From: an uncultured Pseudomonadota bacterium
GTDB lineage: Bacteria; Babelota; Babeliae; Babelales; JAUPTZ01
Reading direction: 5' to 3'
Length of the DNA stretch: 64,000 bases
Assembly (NCBI GenBank): GCA_964429275.1
Contig: CAYSBJ010000003.1
Span: 1 to 64,000, forward strand
In this document: positions 8,786 to 19,056 of the stretch, one piece after another
Layout of the letters: each line of letters opens with the position of its first letter
Numbering within the stretch: position 1 is the stretch's first letter
Notes under the pieces: model-generated
Databases searched by the model: none
What the model was told of the DNA's origin: nothing
Seen by the model: the letters and a program-made list of their open reading frames with translations, nothing else
Translations under genes and position numbers: made by a program

Positions 8786-10291
8786 CTAGGGCGTGTCCTC
8801 ATCGGAAAAGATTAACTGACGATCTACGGGGTCCTCAGAGGGATATGGTCGAGGACCTTCATGCGTGCGCATACTTTTTTCTTGGCCGAGAATATCATGG
8901 ATATTGTGTTCGCTGAGTTCTCCTTCAAAAATATTGTCCAGCCATATCACTATTTCATGCGCGTCTTTGGGTAAGCCACATTCCTCCTTGATCTTGAATA
9001 TGTGTGGTCTGTCGGTCAGGTTGATGGACATCATTTCATCTTGTGAGACAAGCTGGAACGAGTTGAATTTTTCTTCTAAAAGCTTAGCGTTGAGCTGATT
9101 TGATATGGGTTCCTTTTCTTTATTATAAATTTCATACGTATAAAGAGCACTTGCTTGGAGCGTATCGTCTATTTTGGGGGCGTTTGGGATTGCTCTACTG
9201 CTGGTAGGACTACCAAAGATCTTGGCCATCAGTTTATTTCTGCCAGTGGTGCGCAGAAATGCGCTGAAGGCTTCAGTGAATCCTTCAATTTTAAAAGAGC
9301 CTAGCGTAAGCGGCTTTAATTTGCCCTGCTGGAGTGGCGTTGTGTATTCTGCAGGTGGCTGTGCTTTTGGCTCGCTGTTTTTTGGTCGTGAGAATGCCGA
9401 TGCTCGGTGTGTTGTGGGTGATGTTGGCGGGACAGCTTTTGGCGTCGTCAGTAGGCTTGGAAAGGGGACCGCGCTGATAGATACTGGTGACGTTGAAATG
9501 CTTGGTATGGCAGGCGACTGAGTAGCAAGAGCGATTGAGCGGCGTGGGGACGGTGTATGGCATCCTGGGAGGAGGTTTGCTTTTTTTACAATTTCTGGAA
9601 GGAGTGGGTGCTCGACGCTAGGTGCGTGAGCCGTGATTGCCGCGGTAACCAGAGGCTCTTCAGTTTGGTCGCTTTCTTTAAAGGTGTGGCTTTCTGATAG
9701 GTCGACAGAAGCAAGACCGGTGGATCTACTTTCTTCATGAGGGGGTATAGTTTCTTTTGACGGAGGTGTATGCAAGAGTTGTGGAAAGGGAATGGGATCG
9801 AGTCCTTGATTGTTGGTGTCTTTGGGGCGCCGCTTTTTTGTTGGAAGAGCAGCTTTATTCAGCGCGGGCTTCGATTTTGGCGTCTGATGTATCGGCAACA
9901 TTTTGAGCGCACTCTTTTCGAGGGTTTCTTCTGGTGATGGTATTGGTGCATCATTGATAGGTACGACTGGTGGCGCTGCGTTGACCTGCGAAATTTCTGT
10001 TTCTTGTGATGCGGGTTGTGAGGAACGGGCAGTACGCTTTGGGGCTGATGTAGCGTGGTTTAACCCATATGCGCCCAACGCAACAAGGCCTATATTTGCG
10101 AGGAGTTGAGCCACTTTTCGGGGCATAGGGCGACGGTCTTTTCGTGTGCGCCATAGCTTCAAAATTCCATAGGCTCCAGTGCCAATGCTGGCAGCGCTGG
10201 CAACATTTTTTGTGAGAGCTAGATTGCAGATTGCCTGACTTGGCAGGCCGATGATCATTGCGGTAATAATAAAATGTAATGGTTTGTTCAT
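8786..10291 (-). CDS. Hypothetical exported Pro/Ser/Thr-rich protein with N-terminal hydrophobic hairpin
   Basis: Likely start MNKPLHFII (ORF open to 10348); SQA cleavage site; two GAYG-ending hydrophobic helices; disordered middle. Confidence 0.72.
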   Translation of the reverse strand: MNKPLHFIITAMIIGLPSQAICNLALTKNVASAASIGTGAYGILKLWRTRKDRRPMPRKVAQLLANIGLVALGAYGLNHATSAPKRTARSSQPASQETEISQVNAAPPVVPINDAPIPSPEETLEKSALKMLPIHQTPKSKPALNKAALPTKKRRPKDTNNQGLDPIPFPQLLHTPPSKETIPPHEESRSTGLASVDLSESHTFKESDQTEEPLVTAAITAHAPSVEHPLLPEIVKKANLLPGCHTPSPRRSIALATQSPAIPSISTSPVSISAVPFPSLLTTPKAVPPTSPTTHRASAFSRPKNSEPKAQPPAEYTTPLQQGKLKPLTLGSFKIEGFTEAFSAFLRTTGRNKLMAKIFGSPTSSRAIPNAPKIDDTLQASALYTYEIYNKEKEPISNQLNAKLLEEKFNSFQLVSQDEMMSINLTDRPHIFKIKEECGLPKDAHEIVIWLDNIFEGELSEHNIHDILGQEKSMRTHEGPRPYPSEDPVDRQLIFSDEDTP

Positions 10292-10390
10292 ATAAATCAC
10301 GTTGATTAAGAATGAGAGAGTCATCCTATAGCATTTCTGCAGAAACATGAAAGTATATGATGTAAATGCTTGTGCGTTGTAAGATTATCT

Positions 10391-10432
10391 CTGGGTTGCC
10401 GCCGGCCACGCTACGTTTGTTGTTGTAATGAC
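10391..10432. repeat. Degenerate right arm of an RPE-like palindromic element
   Basis: CTGGGTTGCC...CCGGCCACG...GTAATGAC resembles the right arms at 27260-27288 and 59188-59218. Confidence 0.4.
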
Positions 10433-10571
10433 TACTATGTGCCGCTCATTAAATTGAGATGCGTTGACTATAGATGCGTTTGCTTTGTTAGGTGATGACT
10501 TCATGAAAAGACTATGCTAGTATCGCCCCCCTCTTGAGGTATAATACTACGTTTTATAAAGGTTGTTTCGT

Positions 10572-11648
10572 ATGAAAAAATTATTGCTTTTAGCGGCATG
10601 CGCAAGCGCGGCTCTTTGCATTAGCGGCTGTAAGTTCTGGGGTCAATCAAATGGAAATGGCAGTAATGGCGGTGCCGTAAGCCACAATAATCCGAACGAT
10701 CCAGTCTTAGTTAAGATCGATGGCAAGCCAGTATTGCACAAGGAAGAATTCCTTGAGTTCGCTGATCAAGCAATGAAAGCAAACCCTTATCTCGCTTCGT
10801 TTGGTATTACCTCTTATGAGTCAGCACCTGAACCAATCCGTCAACAATTGCTTGATGCAATGGTGCAACAAAAGTTGATTGCTATTTGGGGCCAGGCACA
10901 AGGCATTGAGCAAACAGTAGAGTACAAGGAAATGTATGCGAAGCTGGTAGATCAGTTAAAGCAAGCGTTAGTTGCTCAGTCATTCGATAAGAAAATTTTT
11001 GATACAGTGTCAGTATCAGATGAAGAAGTTTTGGCAAAATACGAAGAAATGCGCAGTCAAATGGTAAAGGACCCAGGCTCAGTTAAAGCTGTTGGCGTTT
11101 CTTTTAAGAGTGAAGAAAAGGCGAATGTTTTCTTTGACTTGGTAGTCAACAAAGAAGAAGACTCGCTACTAAATTTAGCAAAGGAATCAGATGCAACAGT
11201 CGTTGATTTCGGTAGCGTGTCTCTTGACTCTCGTCAGCCGGCAGAAGGGATTCCTTCAGCAGTGCGTAAAGCGCTTGTCGGTCTTGGTGAAAAACAATAT
11301 TACGCTCAAGCAAAAGACGGCGATATCTACTGGGTTGTGCAAGTAATTGATCGTGTGAAGCCTACTTATATGTCGTTTAACGAAGTGCAAGAGCAACTTG
11401 CTGGCATGGTAAAACAAGAAAAATTCAGAGCAATTCGTGAAGCACGTATCAACGAAATTCGCGGTGGCCATACTGTAGATATCGACAATTCGGTTCTTGG
11501 TTCTGGTCAAGATCCATTTGCCGCGCTGCAGCAAATGCTTGCCTCGCAAGGACAACTAAGCCCAGAGCTTTTGGAACAATTGAGCGAAGAAGTTCAAGAA
11601 GAAGAAAACCGCCAGGCAGAAGGCCGTTCACTCACGGCTTCAGTATAA
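10572..11648 (+). CDS. PrsA/PpiC-like foldase lipoprotein
   Basis: Lipobox ISGC; VLVKIDGKPV, VSVSDEEV and FNEVQEQL SurA/PrsA-type segments; degenerate parvulin region. Confidence 0.75.
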   Translation: MKKLLLLAACASAALCISGCKFWGQSNGNGSNGGAVSHNNPNDPVLVKIDGKPVLHKEEFLEFADQAMKANPYLASFGITSYESAPEPIRQQLLDAMVQQKLIAIWGQAQGIEQTVEYKEMYAKLVDQLKQALVAQSFDKKIFDTVSVSDEEVLAKYEEMRSQMVKDPGSVKAVGVSFKSEEKANVFFDLVVNKEEDSLLNLAKESDATVVDFGSVSLDSRQPAEGIPSAVRKALVGLGEKQYYAQAKDGDIYWVVQVIDRVKPTYMSFNEVQEQLAGMVKQEKFRAIREARINEIRGGHTVDIDNSVLGSGQDPFAALQQMLASQGQLSPELLEQLSEEVQEEENRQAEGRSLTASV

Positions 11649-11673
11649 AAAATAACGGCGATAGGGCTTTTGT

Positions 11674-12516
11674 ATGTCACACACCTACAAGCTTTTTTCA
11701 CTCATCGGTGCGATCGGTATGCTTAGCATGCCGATCCACGCTGTAGTGCGCGAAGAAGTTGATCGCATTGTTGGGCGTGTTAACGGAATCAACATCACGA
11801 AGACCCAACTTGCAGTGCCGCAGATTGCCAACAATGGCAAGCCATTTACGTTCGAGCAGTATGCGGCCAACCTTTTGTGGTTGCAGCAGGCGCAGGAGCA
11901 GCGAATTGAAGCGCCCCTTGAGGATGTTGCACGCAGTGTAACGCGCTACAAGCAGGATAATGGCCTTGCTGGGTTGTCAGATGATCAAGCTGATATGCTT
12001 TTGAAGGGGCAGATTGGTATCGATTTTGCTACGTACCGCGAGCAACTTGCTAATTACTACACGATTGAAACTCTTAAGAGTTATGAGTTTCGTAATCGGT
12101 GTAGCGTTGCTGAGTGTGAAGTTCGCGGGTATTATGATGAAAACCCGGTATTAGAGCAAGCAGAGTATCGTGTTGATCTGGTTAATTTAACTCCTGCTCA
12201 AGTCGTTGAATGGGAATCAGGAGTCCTGGTTACAACCGGCCTTGACTGGGACAATTTTGATTTTCTAAAGCATGACCAAATTGCACCGCATCTTCAGATC
12301 GTGTATACCATGGCAGTAGGCTCCTGTGGGCTCACGGTGGACGCCAACAATGAGCCATTGCTCGTACGTTTAGCGGAAAAGAAAGAGGCGCGTGTGCAAT
12401 CGCTTACTGAGCGGTATTACACCATTGAGATGGCGTTGCAGCGTGAAAAAATTGCAAAGCATGCGGCCGCGTCTGAGGAAAAGACGGCGAAGAACGCAGT
12501 TATCGTAACGTTATAA
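11674..12516 (+). CDS. SurA N-terminal-domain chaperone
   Basis: Signal peptide followed by VDRIVGRVNGINIT, the SurA N-terminal signature. Confidence 0.75.
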   Translation: MSHTYKLFSLIGAIGMLSMPIHAVVREEVDRIVGRVNGINITKTQLAVPQIANNGKPFTFEQYAANLLWLQQAQEQRIEAPLEDVARSVTRYKQDNGLAGLSDDQADMLLKGQIGIDFATYREQLANYYTIETLKSYEFRNRCSVAECEVRGYYDENPVLEQAEYRVDLVNLTPAQVVEWESGVLVTTGLDWDNFDFLKHDQIAPHLQIVYTMAVGSCGLTVDANNEPLLVRLAEKKEARVQSLTERYYTIEMALQREKIAKHAAASEEKTAKNAVIVTL

Positions 12517-12520
12517 AACA

Positions 12521-12549
12521 AAAACGCGACTCATATGAGTCGCTTTTTT
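12521..12549 (+). terminator. Intrinsic terminator
   Basis: GCGACTC-ATAT-GAGTCGC followed by a T-tract. Confidence 0.8.
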
Positions 12550-12596
12550 CTTTTATAGTCTATTTTGTATGGATTGAGAAAAGGTGGACAAATGAT

Positions 12597-13283
12597 TTAT
12601 GCATCTGCGACTTCTGCATGGCAGTGTTTTTTTATTTCTTCGCTGCTTCCCACAATGCGTTTCTCGATAATGCATCCAAAAGGGTTTTTATTTACTATAT
12701 CCTCTAGGAAAGGGTAAAGAGAGATTTCTTCTCCGAGCTCGCTAAAGACAAGAATGTTTGTATCAACTTTAACGGTGATATAATTTGCGTCGCAAATTTT
12801 TAGCCAAGAGACTGTGATAATTTCGCCTCTGGATGGCAACGATTCCATGATGGGGGAGGGGAGGATTCTTTTGTAAGCAGAATCATCTATCAGCTCATCT
12901 CCAAAAAGGGATGCTATTTTTAGTGTAGGGGTCCATCCTATGAGTGTGCTAGCTGAAACGACATTTTTGAAGAGCTTCCTAAGTTCCATTTGTAGGCATA
13001 GTCTTTTCGCTTCTGTTTCCGCTTTCGACGGAGCATGCTCTGAGAAAATTGTTTTCAAGAAGTTTGCAACTGCTTCGTAGGCCGCATCTTTGCTGGTGAT
13101 TTCAGGTAAATTTGAGATTAGAGCATTAAGTGCTTCAATGTTTCCTTCGGGTACGCTTTTTCGATAGGCCTCTAATTGTGTTATTAGACCTGAATAAGGT
13201 CCGTGTGACGATGCAGCATCAGAGCCCATGATGGGGGATAAAGTACTTACTGTTACGAGCAAAGTTAGAGTAATTTTTTTCAT
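12597..13283 (-). CDS. Hypothetical exported protein
   Basis: GGAG SD; signal-like MKKITLTLLVTVSTLSPIMG; 228 aa. Confidence 0.75.
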   Translation of the reverse strand: MKKITLTLLVTVSTLSPIMGSDAASSHGPYSGLITQLEAYRKSVPEGNIEALNALISNLPEITSKDAAYEAVANFLKTIFSEHAPSKAETEAKRLCLQMELRKLFKNVVSASTLIGWTPTLKIASLFGDELIDDSAYKRILPSPIMESLPSRGEIITVSWLKICDANYITVKVDTNILVFSELGEEISLYPFLEDIVNKNPFGCIIEKRIVGSSEEIKKHCHAEVADA

Positions 13284-13391
13284 ATTTTTCTCCGCGAAAT
13301 AGCGAGTTTTGTACTGATCTATATTGCTAATGTAGCACGTTTGTGACTAAACAAAAAGATTTGCCGGTAGGGGGCCGGTCAGCGCTGCCTG

Positions 13392-14645
13392 CTAAAGAGG
13401 TACCGTAAACCGCCGGGCAAAAGCCCGAATTTCTTCGCGGATCCCTTCCGCCTCTGTGCGGCGCAGCACCGCATCAATAAACATGGCGAGTTGCGGCATA
13501 TCTTCCGGCTGAATGCCGCGCGTGACCATAGCGGGAAGGCCGATCCGGATGCCGCTGGTGGTAAGTGGTGGGCGTGTGTCGCCCGGGATAGCGTTACGGT
13601 TGAGTACGATGCCAGCCTGTTCTAGAAGCATTTCTGCTTCTTTGCCGCTGAGCGACTCAAGGCCCCCGCTTTTGGAAAGGTCGACTAAAAAAAGATGGTT
13701 GTCAGTTCCGCCGCTGACAATATGGTAACCACGGGATTGTAGTTCATTAGCCAGCTTCTTAGCAGCGGCACACACGGTGCGGGCATAGGCAGCAAAGGCT
13801 GGTTCTTGCGCCTTTAAAAAGGCAACCGCCCGCGCAGCTATGGCGTGCATAAATGGGCCTCCTTGAGTGCCAGGCATAATGCTGAGGTCAACTTTGCCCC
13901 CGAGGTCTTTCTTGCACAAAATAAAAGCGCCCCGTGGCCCACGCAGTGTTTTGTGCGTAGTGCTGGTAATAACATCAGCGTGTCCGACTGGAGATGGATG
14001 GCAGCCGCCCGCTATAAGACCGGCGATGTGGGCAATGTCGGCAAGTAAAAAGGCCCCCACGCTTTTGGCGATGAGGCTGAAGCGGGCAAAATCGATGGTG
14101 CGTGAGTAGGCTGTTGCCCCGGCAATAATCAGTTTTGGGTTGTGGAGCTTGGTAAGCCGCTCAATTTCTTCATACTCCAATAGACCGGTTTCTGGGTTCA
14201 CTCCATAAAAAACGATAGTATAGGTTTTACCAGAGAGATTGACGGCATGGCCGTGTGTTAGGTGTCCGCCATGGGCAAGTGACATGCTCAAGATAGTGTC
14301 CCCTGGCTTGAGGAGGCCGTTATATACCGCCAAGTTTGCTGACGAGCCGGCATGCGGCTGGACGTTGGCATGGTAGAGAGTTTGTTGGTCTTCTGGGACA
14401 AAAAGATCTAAGAGAGCTTGCTGGGCTGCTCGCTCGATCTCGTCAACGACTGCGCACCCGGCGTAGTACCGTTTTCCGGGGTAGCCTTCAGCGTATTTAG
14501 TTCCGGCAATACTGGCAAGTGGTTCTCGCGTTTGGGCATCAGCGTAGTTTTCCGATGCGATAAGGTTTATGGTGTCCTGGTGCCGGGTATATTCAGCATC
14601 CAGAAGCGTGTTTATGCTCTCCACCGACAGAAACTTGCTTTTCAT
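13392..14645 (-). CDS. glyA: Serine hydroxymethyltransferase
   Basis: LIASEN, KYAEGYPGKRYY, GGHLTHG, TTHKTLRGPRG, GGTDNH. Confidence 0.98.
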   Translation of the reverse strand: MKSKFLSVESINTLLDAEYTRHQDTINLIASENYADAQTREPLASIAGTKYAEGYPGKRYYAGCAVVDEIERAAQQALLDLFVPEDQQTLYHANVQPHAGSSANLAVYNGLLKPGDTILSMSLAHGGHLTHGHAVNLSGKTYTIVFYGVNPETGLLEYEEIERLTKLHNPKLIIAGATAYSRTIDFARFSLIAKSVGAFLLADIAHIAGLIAGGCHPSPVGHADVITSTTHKTLRGPRGAFILCKKDLGGKVDLSIMPGTQGGPFMHAIAARAVAFLKAQEPAFAAYARTVCAAAKKLANELQSRGYHIVSGGTDNHLFLVDLSKSGGLESLSGKEAEMLLEQAGIVLNRNAIPGDTRPPLTTSGIRIGLPAMVTRGIQPEDMPQLAMFIDAVLRRTEAEGIREEIRAFARRFTVPL

Positions 14646-14754
14646 ACGCGCTTTGCCTTTCGCAAAATACAAAAATTATGGTACGATACCGCCTCATTAG
14701 TCATATGGCGCAGTCTAATGCGTTCTTCATATTTAAGATACGAAAGAGTTCAAC

Positions 14755-15312
14755 ATGATAGCAACTTCCGATTTTCGTCGTGGCTCCACCAAAATCCTTT
14801 GGAATGATGAGCCGTGGCTTGTCGTTGAATTCCAGCACGTGAAGCCTGGTAAGGGTGGTGCGTTTGTCCGTACCAAAATGAAAAATTTGATTACACAGCG
14901 TCTCCAAGAAGAAACATTCCGCTCCGGCGAAAAATTTCCAGAGCCAGACCTTGAGCTGGTACAGGTGCAGTACTTGTATGCTGATGATAGCTACAACTTC
15001 CTCGACCAAAACTCGTATGAGCAACTTGCGTTTACTGAGGAGCAGATCGCCCAAGTTAAGGATTATCTTAAGCAAGATACGAACTACACGATGCTTAAGT
15101 TTCGTGGTGAACCGATTTCTATTGAGGCACCAAACTTCATGATTTTGGCCGTAACAAGTACCGTTCCTGGCGTAAAAGGAAACACCGCACAAGGGGGCAG
15201 CAAACCGGCTACCTTGGAAACTGGTGTGGTAGTTAACGTACCGCTGTTTGTGAATGAGGGTGACCTTATCAAGGTAGATACCCGTGATGGCATCTACGTA
15301 GAGCGCGCTTAA
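14755..15312 (+). CDS. efp: Elongation factor P
   Basis: HVKPGKGGAFVRTK and KPATLETG...VPLFVNEG. Confidence 0.98.
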   Translation: MIATSDFRRGSTKILWNDEPWLVVEFQHVKPGKGGAFVRTKMKNLITQRLQEETFRSGEKFPEPDLELVQVQYLYADDSYNFLDQNSYEQLAFTEEQIAQVKDYLKQDTNYTMLKFRGEPISIEAPNFMILAVTSTVPGVKGNTAQGGSKPATLETGVVVNVPLFVNEGDLIKVDTRDGIYVERA

Positions 15313-15335
15313 GCGTTCACAGGGGGGTAAATGCT

Positions 15336-15929
15336 ATGTTAGACGACACACAAAAGACTACTGAAACAAACGACCGTTGTCGTTGTAATGATGGGCCAAT
15401 TAATGACGCATGCGATGATCTTGTAGCGGTCAATCCAGTCACGCGGCGGCAGCTGCGTGCGCTGGCGTTTCATTATATCTATGCGATTGATCGATCTGAT
15501 TATCAAGAAGATCTTGCGGATGTATCGGCTCGATTTTTGGAAGGGTTCTCGCTCAAACCAAGTGACAACGAATTTTCACTTAAATTGGCACAAGGGGTTG
15601 TTGATAATCGTGTTCGTTACGGTAAGGTTATTGAGCCATTGCTCGAGCATTGGCGCTTTGACCGCCTTGGTTGTTGTACCCAATTGGTCCTCTATATGGC
15701 TTTGTGGGAGTTTGAACAACCAGAAGCGGTCGCATCGATTGTTATTAACGAAGCAGTAGAGCTTGCAAAGGCTTTTGCTGAGCGGGATGCGTATCGGTTA
15801 GTAAACGGAATTCTGGACCAGGTAAAACTGTTGTATCCACATTCTATTGCGAATGACGCGGCAACAAGCAATCAGAACCCGTCTTCCGCCTCTTCGATTA
15901 ATTCGTTGAGTGATATATCAATTGATTGA
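15336..15929 (+). CDS. nusB: Transcription antitermination factor NusB
   Basis: RRQLRALA, WRFDRL, INEAVELAKAF, VNGILD; directly follows efp. Confidence 0.93.
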   Translation: MLDDTQKTTETNDRCRCNDGPINDACDDLVAVNPVTRRQLRALAFHYIYAIDRSDYQEDLADVSARFLEGFSLKPSDNEFSLKLAQGVVDNRVRYGKVIEPLLEHWRFDRLGCCTQLVLYMALWEFEQPEAVASIVINEAVELAKAFAERDAYRLVNGILDQVKLLYPHSIANDAATSNQNPSSASSINSLSDISID

Positions 15930-16888
15930 TTGTTGAGTGCTGCCACAGTAAATGTAGGCGCTTTGTCTTCATAAAAAGTAGCGATGCCGCTCTGTAAAGT
16001 ATACGGGGCGGCATTTTCTGCGGTGTTCGCAATAATGAGTGGAAGTTCTAGAAGCCATTGACCAACAAGTCGGTGGCGAATATTTTTATGGCATGGGTCT
16101 ATAGGATTTGGGCTGAGGCTTTCATCATGGAGCTTGACTTGCACATTTGCGCGGCGTTCATGTTCTGGGAGCAGGTTGTTGCCGACGAGTGTTTGAATGA
16201 AATCTGCTGGGGAGAATAGGTTTATTACTTGGCGTACGACACTCATATCTACATCAAATTTTTCCGTGTTTATAGGGGTTCCCATAAGGCACAAGAGCTG
16301 GATTGGGTAGATCGGTAGCGTGCGACGAAGGTGATGGCTGTTGTCCAGTGTCGACTTGAGCCGGGTAAAGGTAGATTGCAATAGAGCTTCTGTTTTTGGC
16401 GCAATTTCATAGACATACGTACGATTTTTGGTCAGCTTTTTTTCAATAAATGGTTCTTTAACGCTATCGGGCAATGTCGTTCCATCAGATAATTGCGACT
16501 TATACAGAGCGCCTAAAAGCATGGTTGTGAATGCGGCTACGTTGCCACCATTGCTGTGCGCTTCAATAATGACAGGGATATGAGGAGGAAGGGTAAGAAT
16601 GTGTTCTACAAATTGACCAGCTGCTTCAATAATGCTTTGTGCTGATACTCCACCGGACCAGGGGAATGGGTGGACCGCGTGTCCCAGCGGCTCTGCTTGC
16701 TTTTTAACTGCTTCGTAGAAGGTTCCGTTTGGGCGGAACCAGCGACTGGCGTTGCTGAAAGAGCCGTGTAAAATAAAGACATCGCCACAAACGGTAGTAA
16801 GGAGTGTAGCGGAAAGAATACCAGCCATGCTGATAGCGCGAAGTTTGAGCACAGAGACCTCCTGAGGTAAAGTGAGTTGATGCGCCAA
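15872..16888 (-). CDS. Exported alpha/beta-hydrolase (lipase/esterase-like); true start may be internal
   Basis: ILHG, FPWSG, nucleophile elbow AHSNGG, LMGTP, D and H candidates. Confidence 0.8.
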   Translation of the reverse strand: MAHQLTLPQEVSVLKLRAISMAGILSATLLTTVCGDVFILHGSFSNASRWFRPNGTFYEAVKKQAEPLGHAVHPFPWSGGVSAQSIIEAAGQFVEHILTLPPHIPVIIEAHSNGGNVAAFTTMLLGALYKSQLSDGTTLPDSVKEPFIEKKLTKNRTYVYEIAPKTEALLQSTFTRLKSTLDNSHHLRRTLPIYPIQLLCLMGTPINTEKFDVDMSVVRQVINLFSPADFIQTLVGNNLLPEHERRANVQVKLHDESLSPNPIDPCHKNIRHRLVGQWLLELPLIIANTAENAAPYTLQSGIATFYEDKAPTFTVAALNNQSIDISLNELIEEAEDGF

Positions 16889-16924
16889 CTACTATTCCTT
16901 TCTGGGGTCACTTTCTGCAACGGT

Positions 16925-17911
16925 TTATTCGAGTGGGATCTGTTCGAGCCGTAAATACGCCGAAACTTTTTCTGGGGTCGTGGGTGCGATAACGGTGATG
17001 GTTTGTGAAAGCTTCATAAACGGGTCAAGCGAAGTGGCCAGTGTTTTGTTGTGGGCAACTTCGTAGCTGTTGATGAGCAACTGATAACGAATGGTTGCGG
17101 TAGAGCTTATTACATTGTTGGTGAGATAGCGGATGAAAATTGCGATGCTTTCCTGTACGACATCATGCTGGTTTACGGTAAACGCAAAATGAGCCCCATG
17201 AGCAAGAAGTGTTGGATTAGTGCTATAAAGCAGGGTTTTGTGTTGTTTGCAGACGTTAACCAGTCGTCTGGCATAATCATCAGGTGTTGATTTGCTCATA
17301 AAAAGGACTAGGTCGGAGGAGGCGATGGCCAACAAGTCGTCGCTTATAATCGTTGGATTGCGCGCAATTTTTTTGATCTCATAGTTGCGCTCCTCAAGCC
17401 AGGCGTTTATCTCCGGAATTAATGGCCCTAACACTATATCATGTTGATCATGTAGAATCGTTATAACGCGTACATTTGGTAATGTTGGTACGATGCTGCA
17501 AAAATATGAAGCAAAATAGGCAGTTTCTGGCGTGACAGTAACACATTTTGGAGGAAGGGGCGAAAGCACAGTTTTAGGAATATCAAGATCAGCAAAAAGG
17601 AGCGGTGCGCTGATGTGAAGTCTGGTTTTTGCGTGAAGCATGTGAGCTGCGTAATTATTATCCAAACAAACCATTAATGTAAGCGCTACATGGCCAAGAA
17701 TATCTACTGCATCTTCAGTCGAGGCAGGGGACAATCGCACTGGCTTGCATAGAATCTTGTGCGTGGCGCATTGGCGAAGGAAAAGGGCAATATGTTTCTC
17801 ATGATGCTCATTGTTTGGATTTACCGCAAACGCAACGGTTAATGATGCTGCTTCGGTTTGTCCAACAAACGGATCAAAAGGCTTGGTTTTGAGAGTCGTT
17901 TGATTGATCAT
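16925..17911 (-). CDS. Divergent ABC transporter substrate-binding-like protein
   Basis: Weak similarity to its neighbour (LVNVCKQHKTLL...GAHFAF, YQLLIN); start uncertain, ORF open to 17965. Confidence 0.55.
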   Translation of the reverse strand: MINQTTLKTKPFDPFVGQTEAASLTVAFAVNPNNEHHEKHIALFLRQCATHKILCKPVRLSPASTEDAVDILGHVALTLMVCLDNNYAAHMLHAKTRLHISAPLLFADLDIPKTVLSPLPPKCVTVTPETAYFASYFCSIVPTLPNVRVITILHDQHDIVLGPLIPEINAWLEERNYEIKKIARNPTIISDDLLAIASSDLVLFMSKSTPDDYARRLVNVCKQHKTLLYSTNPTLLAHGAHFAFTVNQHDVVQESIAIFIRYLTNNVISSTATIRYQLLINSYEVAHNKTLATSLDPFMKLSQTITVIAPTTPEKVSAYLRLEQIPLE

Positions 17912-19022
17912 GGCGATACGTGGTATGGACTGTTCGTTGATGGTTAACAATAGAGGCGTGTTCAAGCATGGTCATATACTCAGGGCTGAGCTCAAGTCCT
18001 TGGCTCTGACATTTTCTTTTATTTATTTTGCAGCGGTAGATTGGGTAACTAGTCATAATGGTGCCAGCGGGATACTGTTTCTTCCCCTCGCATACGTTAC
18101 GAATAAGATGCCCAATATGCGACCCGAGTTCTTTTTCTGACCCTCCAAAGCCAACTGCTGCGCCGAGCGTGACAATATCAAATTCTTGCGCGCACAGAGT
18201 GATTTTTTTTGCGCTGCAGTACGTTACTAACTCTTGAATCGTGCTTGCAGTAACGGTGTATGGCATGAGAAAAAGAGAGTCGTAAGTAGCAGCAGAAGCG
18301 CCGAGTTGGTTATCAATATGCGTGGTATGTGCCAAAACGTGAAGGTATGTTTTAAATCCAGCATTAAGAAGGGCTTTGTTGAGTGCCTGCACTTCTTCAC
18401 GGATATGCTCATGCTGCAATCGGTAGAGGATGCACGCAGTTTTGGCGCTTGGTTTTATTTCTTTGAAAAGAGCGATTTGTTGTTCGTAGTCATATTCAGT
18501 AGTAACGACGATCGTCTCTGGAGAGTGAGGTAATAAGCGCAAGAGCTGGTCGTTACGTAGGCCAACTTTGATGATCGGTATATTTTTAAGATGGCTGGCT
18601 GCTTCCGTGGCTATATTGGCGCAGGTGAGGCCAAAGGTGACTAAAACGTCACAACTATTCCCGGCTTGTTGGGCTCGCTCGAACAAGGTGACGCGAGTGT
18701 TGTTCCCAGGCAAGGGAAGGAGGGTGTATTGTGTGCGGCCACTGAGAGCTAAAAGACCGCTGAGTCCTTCGATCAAGTAATGTGCTGCTTCATTGGAAAG
18801 AGGGGTTAGAATGCCGACGGTCAGTGTTGCGGGCCACTGCGTTGGCGCTGCCGGGATGACGGTGTGGTTATCTTTTGCTGGCCGGGGTCTGGCTGCTAAG
18901 CGATACCGAGAACGATAATAAACGCGGGCGAAGATTGGCAGTCCTACCATAGTGGCAACGGCACAACCAATGTACCAAAGGATATTCAACGTCGTACTCT
19001 CCAATGTCACGGGGTTAATCAT
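17874..19022 (-). CDS. ABC transporter substrate-binding protein (ABC_sub_bind-like), N-terminally anchored
   Basis: N-terminal TM; KEIKPSAK, GAAVGFG, CKINKR...GL pattern. Confidence 0.75.
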   Translation of the reverse strand: MINPVTLESTTLNILWYIGCAVATMVGLPIFARVYYRSRYRLAARPRPAKDNHTVIPAAPTQWPATLTVGILTPLSNEAAHYLIEGLSGLLALSGRTQYTLLPLPGNNTRVTLFERAQQAGNSCDVLVTFGLTCANIATEAASHLKNIPIIKVGLRNDQLLRLLPHSPETIVVTTEYDYEQQIALFKEIKPSAKTACILYRLQHEHIREEVQALNKALLNAGFKTYLHVLAHTTHIDNQLGASAATYDSLFLMPYTVTASTIQELVTYCSAKKITLCAQEFDIVTLGAAVGFGGSEKELGSHIGHLIRNVCEGKKQYPAGTIMTSYPIYRCKINKRKCQSQGLELSPEYMTMLEHASIVNHQRTVHTTYRHDQSNDSQNQAF

Positions 19023-19056
19023 CGGCTTTAGTAGCGTGGCAGAACGGCGGTGGAAG

